Below are positions 53,226-64,000 of a DNA stretch of 64,000 nucleotides, piece after piece. Under the pieces are notes generated by a model. That model was not told the origin of the DNA. It saw only the letters and a list, made by a program, of their open reading frames with translations, and did no database searches. The stretch lies in the NCBI RefSeq assembly GCF_009914755.1, contig NC_060931.1. The stretch is one strand, 5' to 3'. The first letter of the stretch is position 1, and every line of letters begins with the position of its first letter. The DNA is from the human T2T-CHM13v2.0 reference genome, Homo sapiens. Position numbers and translations under genes: made by a program.

Positions 53226-56160
53226 CGTTTCCCTCACTGTGATGCAGCAACAGCCACGCATTTCACTGCCATTCATGGCCTCACAGCACCCAGTGCTGTG
53301 CAGAGCTGCACATCAATCAACACTTCTCACGTAAGGGCTTCAAAAGAACTGTTGAAACAGACAACTTACTATGAAAGCCCAGCAAAAGACGTGTCCCAAA
53401 CAATGCCTCTTCATGTGAATGGAACAGGAGGTTCGTGACTGGTCTCCTGAGAAGGTGGAAACACTAACCCAGGAAGGCAGCTCAGGACCAGAAGGGAGCA
53501 CCAGGATGTTGTCTGGGACAAGGAAGAGCCAGGCCCATTTCCTAGGGATCAGGGAGGTCGGCGACATCTGAGGCCCCAGGTCGCTGCCGGGTTCTCGGAG
53601 CCCACGCTGACTCTAGACTTCCTTGGCTCTGAAATGCAGGTGGGTGTGGGCTCTGCCACCTGCCGGGGGGTCAGCAGTTGCCTCTGCGAGTTTCGAGGGG
53701 AGAAACCTGAGGGGCTGCAGCAGCCCTGCAGAGGGAGTGGGAGTGGCAGCATAGTCCATGTTCACTCACAGCTCCCAGCCTCCTCCAAGGCGGGCCAAGG
53801 GGAGAGGCAGGTGCTTCTACCATTAGCATCTGACATGAGGGATAAAGTAGCTGAAATACAGGGGTAAAAAACTATTTCCACAGGGCCAAGCAGAAACAAA
53901 AATAAAATTTTTATTCATATTGGCGTTTTGTTATAATGCGTATGTATTTTTACCTTTCCCTATTTCGGGTTGTCAGCTCTCTCCCTTCTGAATAATCACT
54001 GAAACAGCAAGCATGGTATTTGACTCTTAATGGGAAGGCAGGGTGGGAAGGGAGGCAAGCAACATTTGCCTTTTATTATTTTTCTTCTTCTTTAAAAGAA
54101 TCTAACAAACACATCTACTCTATGCTGTATTTACTGTGCTTCAATAGCAGGTAAGGGAAGAGGATGTGCTTGCGTGTGTAATTAACCAAAACCTTCCCAG
54201 GATCAAGAAGTCTGTGATGAATAGATTCACTATGCTTTTAAATTTTAAAAAGTGAAATTTTAAAAAGTGAAAACTGACAGAAGTACTCAGACACAAGTAG
54301 AGTTAAAAATCCTGAAGCCTCCTTGCTATGACGCCAGCCCTGCTCAGTACGTGACGGAAGGGAGGCTCACAGGGATGGTGTCTGCGACCCACTCAGCTCT
54401 GCCATTTACCATCACCTGACTTTAAGCCAGTGTCTATTTTGTAGGGCTGCTGTGGGGACCAATATGAGCTGAGAGCTCTGCCAGGCACCCTACATGATAT
54501 ACCTGTAAGGGAGCGTCCTTCTGCGGCCTGAACCTGAAGCTCTTCAGAGGGACCCATGCTGGGCTCTGAAGAAAGTGACTCACCTTGGAGGAGCAAGGGC
54601 AGGTCACATTCCATGATGAGAAATTCTCACACCACCCTCCTTCATATTTGACTCACATCATGCAGCATGGACTTCCACTCCAGTAAATGAGTCCTCATTT
54701 GTGGGCTTAAAAATCTTTTTGTTACCCAGCTATTTGGTTCTTGTCAACGCTACTTCCTGAATAAAGGTCTTCCCTGATAGTAGGAACAAGTGGCCCAAGC
54801 TTCATTCATCTCTAGATAAATGTGAAGGCCGTGCTCAGCACAGGAGTCAGCTGACTGGCTGGGCCCCAAATTAGAGTGCTGTTAATAAGTGCCAACCACC
54901 CGCCATCACAGCTGGAGCTGCCCTGGCATTGATAGCTGGTCCACACTCATTTACATTCTCTTCACGCAGCCATGCAGCTACTGTAGGAGGCTGCAGATGC
55001 CTGTTTTTTAACCAACAAACTGGTTCACTGCAGATGTGAATTTTGGTTGTACTTCACGGCTGTAAAGTTAAAAACAGCAAATGCTACAAAGAATAGGATG
55101 GGAACCTAGAAAGGGCAGAAAAACAAGCAGGGAAGAAAGCTGGCAGGTGAGAAAAGATAAATAAATACAAGTGACATTGGGAAAAGATGGGTGGTTACAC
55201 AACCACACACACATTTGCAGTTTCCACGAAAAGACTACACCAGATGTTCTTCAGTTACTCTGATTAAACTCTCACCACCTGATGGTCTCTCGTCGTTAGC
55301 GCTTGCTTCATGAGTGTGCCTAAACCTCCACCTTGTGGCCCTAAGTTTCTGGAAAACTTGACTTACACAGCTCTGAGTTTATAAAGCAAAGTTATGGCTG
55401 TGGCAAGGCAGAAAAGACTCAACAGTGAAACTTCTGACCCTAAGAATACATATTCCAGAAGCATCACCTTCAAATCTCCTTTTATGTAACACTCTTCAGT
55501 CTCACACCAAACACACCCAATTCATTCCTAAAAGCAGCACACTGAAAACAAACTAATGAATTCTTTATCTGAGAACACACAAGGGAGCTGAGAGCCTTGA
55601 CAAAAGCATTCCATCATATCAATGAAACAAAGACTCTCTCCATTTCATCAAAGATACAGTGTCTTATTCTTCAGGGATTCCAGAGGACTGATTCCAGCCA
55701 TTCAAGTCCTCCTCCAGAGGCCGTCTTATATTAATACGTTTATATTAATGCCGTATTAATATAAACGCCTCATTTCAGAGCGACAAGTTCCTGAAAAGCC
55801 AACTGGAATTTATATTACTGGCAAAGACACTGCAATGAGAAAGCAGGTGCCCTTAGTCTCACACGGGTCAAAATTAGCTTGTGGCTCATGTCTTAAATAT
55901 CAGGAATCCTCAAGGATTAGCGACTGCTTTAGCCATCTTGCTACAAAGAATGGCATAAGGAGAATTTGCACAACTGAGAAAGGTAAAAGAGTATGCGCTA
56001 ATAACATGGACTTCTTAGATAAAGTCTAAATGCACGTAGCGATTTGCTTTGGTACTGAGCCCAAAAGAACTGTGTCAATTCTGCTTACAAAACAGTGTTT
56101 TGCTGACACATACTTTTCAAACACCCAAGAGGAAGAAAACCCTTTCCTCATGGAGCATCT

Positions 56161-56174
56161 GTGCCACCTAGTGG
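56161..56174 (-). promoter_or_regulatory. Candidate CTCF site
   Basis: Minus strand CCACTAGGTGGCAC fits the CCASYAGRKGGCRS core at every position, in unique sequence. Confidence 0.55.
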
Positions 56175-56619
56175 CAACTCGTTCCACAGCCCACAAATAA
56201 GGACAGAAGATTAGGCATAAACTCTCCTTTCTCATCCAAAGGACAAGGTGGGGACTTCTCTCATTCCTCTGGTGGTCACTGAGCCAGCTCCACCAGGCCG
56301 TCACTGCCTCAGGTCCCCATATAACATTTTTCACTTTATTTTCCATGATGGGCCAAACACCTACAATCCTTACCCTAACATTAGAAACTAAAATGTGAAT
56401 GCTGTTATCCATAGGTGAAAGTCAAGTTCTGAAACATACTGTAATCCATCATGTAATCATAACACACATTCTCTCCACTGCAAAACGTTGCTGAGGGGCA
56501 TAAAAAGATGTGAATAAATGAAAAAACATACTTTAAACTTAGCATGGCCCAGCATTTCTAAGCTAATAATAATCTCCCTGATGGGCACCTTACCCCTCTC
56601 CTCCTCTTTCCTCCTTTTG

Positions 56620-56990
56620 CTGCTCATTTCAGACTCCAAAATCTTTTTCCAGCCTAGATCTCTCCCTGTGTTACTGACCCGGATCACTGATCTAGGGTCA
56701 CTGATTTATGGAGCACCTACTATGTGCCAGGCATTGTAAAAACACGTACACACTGGATGTCTCCCCTAAAAACTCAACATGTCCAAAACAAAAGTAATCT
56801 CTCCTGAATCTTTTGGATTCCATTTCCAGTTTTGTAAACAGCATCATCAACTACATAGTGGTCCAAACCAGACACGCCTGTGAGACCTCTGGCTTTCTCC
56901 CCACCTTCACATGCAACATATCACCTTCTAATCCTCTACCTCTCAAATCTGCTCCTGTTCTCCAACTCCAAGGGCAGTTATGGTCCTTAT
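56620..56990 (+). mobile_element. L2 fragment (appears to resume at ~62190-62340)
   Basis: CCAGCCTAGATCTCTCC and CTGGATGTCT...AACTCAACATGTCCAAAAC L2 motifs. Confidence 0.7.
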
Positions 56991-56994
56991 GATC

Positions 56995-57120
56995 CTTATC
57001 AGTCAGGATGTGCTAGGTTATGCTGCTGGAACAAACTCAAACCTCAGTAGTTCAAAACAGACTTTGTTCTCACTCATGCTGCACATCCCTCTTGGCAGAG
57101 GGAAAAAATGAACCATATGC
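56995..57120 (-). mobile_element. MLT1K/L-like LTR fragment (appears to resume at ~61015-61120)
   Basis: AGTCAGGATGTGCTAGGTTATGCTGC...CTCACTCATGCTGCACATCC. Confidence 0.6.
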
Positions 57121-57141
57121 CCTTTAAAAAAAACTGCGGTA

Positions 57142-57789
<648 letters not shown>

Positions 57790-59222
57790 TTAAGTGTACA
57801 GGGTCTGTTAGCAAAATGTTGTACAGCTGATCTCTAAACAACTTAATCTGGCATGACTGAAACTTCCCACTGCACAGTGACTCCCCACTTTGCCTTCTCC
57901 CAGCCTCTGGCACCCAGGGTTCTACTTTGTGTTTCTATGAGTCTGACTACTTTAGATCCTGCATTTAAGTGGAATCGTGCAGTATCTGTCCTTCTATGAC
58001 TGGCTAATTGCACTGAACACAATGTCCCTCAAGGTGGTTTATCTGTGTTGTTAGTATGTGCCAGGAGTTCCTTCTTTTCAAAGGCTGCATAATATACCAA
58101 ATTTTAACCATTCATCTGTTGACGAACATGTCAGTAAGTGGTTTCCATCTTGTGGCTACTGTGAATAATGCTGCAATGAACACAGGAACATGCTGAGATC
58201 CTTTCCCAAAGGATTTCAATTCCTTTCCACCGGCTGCCTTTTCACTCTGTTGATGGTTTCCTTTGCTGAAAGCATCTTAGTAGTCACTTGCCTGTTTTTT
58301 GCTTTTGTCACCTTGTTTTTGGTATTATACCCAGGAAATCATTGCCAAGACTGATGTCATGAAGCTTTCCACCTACGTTTTCTTCTAGTTTTTATAGTTT
58401 CAGGTCTTACACTTAAGTCTTTAATGCATTTAAAGAGTTGATTTTTGTGTTATGATATGAGATATGGTATCAGCGTCTAAGTTCATTCTTTTGCATGTGG
58501 ATATTCAGTTTACAGAGCACCATTAATCAGAGACTACCTTTTCCCCCGGTGGGTGTTCTTTGCACCCTTGTTGAAGATCAGCTGATCATAAATGTGTGGA
58601 TTTATTTCTGAGCACTGTATTATGTTCCATTGGTCTACATGTCTGCCTGTTTAAATTACTGTAGCTTTGTAATAAGTTTTGAAGTCAGGAAGTGTGAGGC
58701 TTCCAGCTTTGTTCTTCTTTCTTAAGACTGTCTAGGATATTTGGGATCCTTTGTGGTTCCATATGCATTTTAGGGATGTCTTTCCATTTATTTATGTCTT
58801 CTTTAATTATTTCAGCAGTTTTTTATAGTTTTCAGTGTATAAGTCTTTACCCACTCCTTGGTTAAGTTGTTCCTAAGTATTCCAACTTTTTTGATGTATT
58901 ATAAATTAGATTTTCTTAATTTCTCTTTTTGGAGTGTTTGTTAGTGTACAGGAACGCAACTGATTTTTATGTGCTAATTTTGTATCCTGCACCTTTACTG
59001 AATATATTAATTCTAACAAGTTTTTTTGTGGAAATTGCAGATTTTTCTATGTATAAGATCATGTTATCTGTGAACTTGCACGGATATAGATGCTTTTGCT
59101 TTTTCCTGCCAAATAGCTCTAGCTAGGGCTTCCAGTGTTATATAGCATGGAAGTGGTGACAGTGATATCCTTGCCTTGTTCCTGATCTTAGTAAAAAAAA
59201 GCTTTTCAGTGTGTGTGTGTGG

Positions 59223-59528
59223 TTTTTTTTTTTTTTTTTTTTTTGTGACAGAGTCTCACTCTGTCGCCCAGGCTGGAGTACAGCGGCACAATCTCTGCTC
59301 ACCGCAACCTCCACCTCCCTGGTTCAAGCGATTCTCTCCTGCCTCAGCCTCCCAAGTAGCTGCGATTACAGGCGCACGCAACCACACCCAGCTAAATTTT
59401 TGTATTTTTAGTAGAGACAGAGTTTTGCCATGTTGGCCAGGCTGGTCTCGAACTCCAGAATTCAGGTGATCCACTTGCCTCGGCCTCCCACAGTGCCAGG
59501 ATGACAGGTGGGAGCCACCATGCCCGGA
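59223..59528 (-). mobile_element. AluS nested in L1
   Basis: Full antisense dimer. Confidence 0.9.
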
Positions 59529-59923
59529 CAGTGTGTTTAGTTCTCATACTTTGTGAATTTTCTTGCTGTTTGTGATTTCTAAGTGTATCGCCTTGTGGCT
59601 GGAAAAGATACTTGGTATGATTTTGATCTTAAATTTGTTAAGACCTGTATTATGATCTAATATTCTCCATCCTGGAAAATGTTCCATGCGCAACAGAGGA
59701 GAAAAAGTGTTTTCTGTGCCTGTTGGCTAGAATATTTTGTATGTGTCTGTTAGGTCTATAGTGTTGTTCAAGTCAGCTGTTTCCTTACTAATCTTCTGCC
59801 TGGTGGTGCTAACAATGATTGAAAGTGAGGTATTGCAATCTCCTACTATTTTTGTGTTATTTTTCCCTTCGGCTGTCAATATTTGCTTCACATATTTGGG
59901 TGCACTGATGTCGGGTGCATATA

Positions 59924-60143
59924 CAGATGGTCTCCAACTTACAATGGTTTTACACTTTTTGACTTTACTGTGGTGTGAAAGTGATACACATTCAGTAGAA
60001 ACTGTAATTCAAGTACCCATACAATCATTCTCTTTTTCACTTTCAGTACAGTACTCAATAAATTACATGAGATACTCATACTTTATTCTAAAATAGGCTT
60101 CCTGCAAGAAGATTTTGCTAAATCGTAGGCTAATATAAGTGCT
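59924..60143. mobile_element. MER47A-like (Tigger family) fragment nested in L1
   Basis: TA|CAGATGGTCTCCAACTTACAATGG...CATTCAGTAGAAAC...CAATAAATTACATGAGATA. Confidence 0.8.
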
Positions 60144-61249
60144 CAGGCTTTTGTTTTCCTTTTTTCAGGAGCTTGCAAGCTCTTGCTTCTTCTGGTGCCT
60201 GTCTGAGGTATCACAGGCCCTCTGGAGCTGCTGTAAGCTGCCCAGCTCTTTTTTGGCCTCAGCAGCTCCAAGGCATCTAGAGTAGGTTGGGTTCTGCCAG
60301 CAGTGAGTTGGGTGAGACAGAAGCCAGTCCCTCAGGCAGCCCCTTGAGAAGCCCAAATGCTGAACACATGCTCTACTCTTCCCCTGGACCCAAAAAGCAG
60401 CCTTCGAGGTGCACTGGACTCTGCCTACTGTACCGTGGGTCCTCTGGCGCAGTACAAACCACCCAGCTTTCTCTTGTTCTCAGCAGCCCCCAGGGACCTA
60501 GACCATGCCAGGTCCCATCAGTGCTTCATCGAGTGAGACAGGAACGAGAGTCTTGGGCAGACTCCAGAAAACCTAGAATGCTGGACTCATGCGCCAACTC
60601 CTTCCCTCCCGAGAAGAGCAGGGAGAGGGCAATGAGGAGTCAGTACGTGCTAGTTTCACCATCCCATTTGTCCTCAGAGGTCCCCAACCTGGTGCCCTTT
60701 CCTGTGAGACAAGACAGAAACCAGTCCCTTGAGCAGCCTCCTGAAAGGTCTGAATATTAGATATATGTTCCAGTCTTATTTTTCCTCCCCAGAAAGATGC
60801 CAGGAGTTGGGAGCTTCCTCCCGATCACATGGTGCTGTGCCAGGGGGAGGAACTCTGGAGAGCCAGCGTCACAAATTCCCCAGCCTTTGATGCAACTGGT
60901 TTCTGGATTTCTCACAGAGAGAAATGGTCCTTCCGTTGTTGTTGAACTGTTCTCTCTATGGGAAAAAGAGGGTCTGGAGCTTTCTCTTCTGTCATCTTGA
61001 CACTACCCCACACCACATGCCTTTACGGCTTTTTCTGCAAGTGATCTAACTACTCACATGTTTCACTGACCACAAGAAGCTACATGGCTACCTCCAAGTT
61101 CAGCAGGCCATGTATATTCCTCCCATAGACAAACAAAAACATATGTGGTGTTCCTATTTGGGATCTTAAGAGCCCCTGGGAAGCTCCCACCAACATGCCA
61201 AGTTGATACTCACTAGATGCTGTTCCAGACTCATGTGTGCCCTCAGGCT

Positions 61250-61897
<648 letters not shown>

Positions 61898-63241
61898 TCA
61901 GAGAATAATGGTCTCTCCTCTTCTTTGGCCTTCCCAATTGTACATAAGCACTTTCACTGGCAGACCTTCTTTGAAACCTTACCAGGAAATGTAGTTCCCA
62001 GCTCCTTCTAAGCAACTCATGAAGATCCAAGAGGCTGTGCAGTGCTGTACATTTCTCACCTGGACTACTCAATAGGCAAGTAGACTTTCCTTATATTTTA
62101 TCTCTCCCCACCTCAGGACAGTGTGCTGCATGGGCCTGCCCCTACTCAGCTTATGAGCCTCCTTCACACTCCTAGCACCAGTAAGCGTCCACATTGCTGC
62201 CACTCCCGGGGCCTAGAACATTTCTCCATCTCCACTCCACTCCCACCCTTTCCATCCTTTGGCTACTTCCTCCTTATCTGCTGCATCTTAGCGTAGGCAT
62301 CACCTCCTCAGGCAGTCCAACACCTGACCCACTGGAAGCACACAAGGGACACGCTAGCACTCTGCTTTCTTAAGAGCTGCAAGATGCCAGCGACTGTTGT
62401 GACAATTGTTATAGCAACAGCCTGGGGTGCGAACATATAAAATGGCCAGAAATATTAATGCTGAAAACAAAAGAAATAAAGTTTTGATCCATTAGTTTAG
62501 TTTATTCTTCCTTTTCTAATCTCTACCTTAATTTCTTTACTCTCCCCAAGGCAAAGATATTGCAGTGTTCAACTCTAATCATGCAATTTTAGAAAAATGG
62601 CTTAGAGCGTATTTGTCTAGGTGGATGCTAATATTCACTAAAAACTCTAAGTGGCTTCTAAATAGCTGAAAGATTTTAAGACATTCTTAGTTCACAGGGC
62701 GCCAAGTTAAAGGGAACAAAGATCTGCAACAGTAATGCACCTAGACAGCTCTGCTCCCACGTAATATAGTCAGTTCTCATGAGGAGAAACAGTCAAATAA
62801 ATAACCTACCAGATGTGATGGAGATGCCACTAAGATGCCCAGTTCCTCAATCAAAGAAGCGTCGTTTGGACTTTGAAAATGGCAAAAGGTGTGTGTGTGG
62901 GGAGGGAGGGGTAGCAGGGGCTATTTGAGCACAGGTGGTGAAGAGAGCAAGCAAGAAAAATGTTGACACAGTGGAAGAAAAACTAAACACTTCCCACTTT
63001 ACATTATAGTATCTGTCCTAAAGAAGATGATATAAAATAGGAATCCAGAGCTTTGTAACTGGAGTGGCAAGAGTGGCTGCCATCTCAGTAACCATGTCAA
63101 CCGTTACTCACAAAGTACTCATCCTCATTTGCTTATGAAAAGGAAAGCACTCAAATCCTTCTTATACATCAGCAGTCAGGTAAACAGCAGATATTTGGGC
63201 CATGAGGGCAGCCCATAATACCATAATTCAATATACATCTA

Positions 63242-63412
<171 letters not shown>

Positions 63413-63699
63413 TGTTCATATGAAGATGGAGTTTTGAGCTGGACATTCACATCCCCTTTATACTCCTTAGTTTTCCTTAAAAACACAGATTGAACCTCTT
63501 CTTTGTGCTGGCTCTTATCAGGAAACATAAGCACCACATGAGGTCCTGACTGAATATAAACCACTCAATAAACACGTCCCAACCTTAATGAGAACTCCTT
63601 ACATATACCGATTTCCCTCCAGCCCAGGGCACCATGATTGTATCTACGGGCCAGAAGATTTGGGGGTGCCAAGATATGTAGACAGAAGTTTGAGCTACA

Positions 63700-63988
63700 G
63701 TCTGGGCGCGGTGGCTCGCGCCTGTAGTCCCAGCACTTTGGGAGGCTGAGGTGGGTGGATCATTTGAGGTCAGGAGTTGGAGACCAGCCTGGCCAACATG
63801 GCAAAACCTCGTCTCTACTAAAAATAAGCTGGAATGTGGTGGTGCACGCCTGTAATCCAGGCTACTCAGGAGGCTGAGGCATGAGAATTGCCTGAACTCA
63901 GGAGGCGGAGGTTGTAGTGAGCCAAGATTGCACCACTGTACTCCAGCCTGGGCGACAGAGCGAGAATCCACCTCAAAAAAAAAAAAAG
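63700..63988 (+). mobile_element. AluS
   Basis: Full dimer flanked by AGAAGTTTGAG. Confidence 0.9.
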
Positions 63989-64000
63989 AAGTTTGAGGGG

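Overview
Human genomic DNA, very Alu-rich, from inside RNF216 (TRIAD3, an RBR E3 ubiquitin ligase; 7p22.1 by recall), transcribed on the minus strand. Only two coding exons are present: 63263-63341 (79 nt, [R][26 protein letters not shown]) and 3945-4042 (98 nt, [33 protein letters not shown]). A single 59.2-kb phase-0 intron between them splits the IBR domain. The tailed mirtron MIR6874 abuts the acceptor of the upstream exon. The rest is intronic: more than 40 Alus, L2/MIR/L1M remnants, MaLR LTRs, an ERVL pol relic and DNA-transposon MITEs. Almost all ORFs in the supplied track are Alu-derived or chance. I cannot demonstrate a new biological system. The best leads are candidate cryptic exons inside the IBR intron (one Cys/His-rich poison exon, one in-frame 31-aa cassette), four CArG boxes clustered in an Alu-poor enhancer-like block, an AP-1 plus two-NF-kB module, a GC3-biased 50-codon orphan ORF, and several closely spaced inverted Alu pairs. 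Repeat boundaries and subfamilies were called by eye and are approximate.
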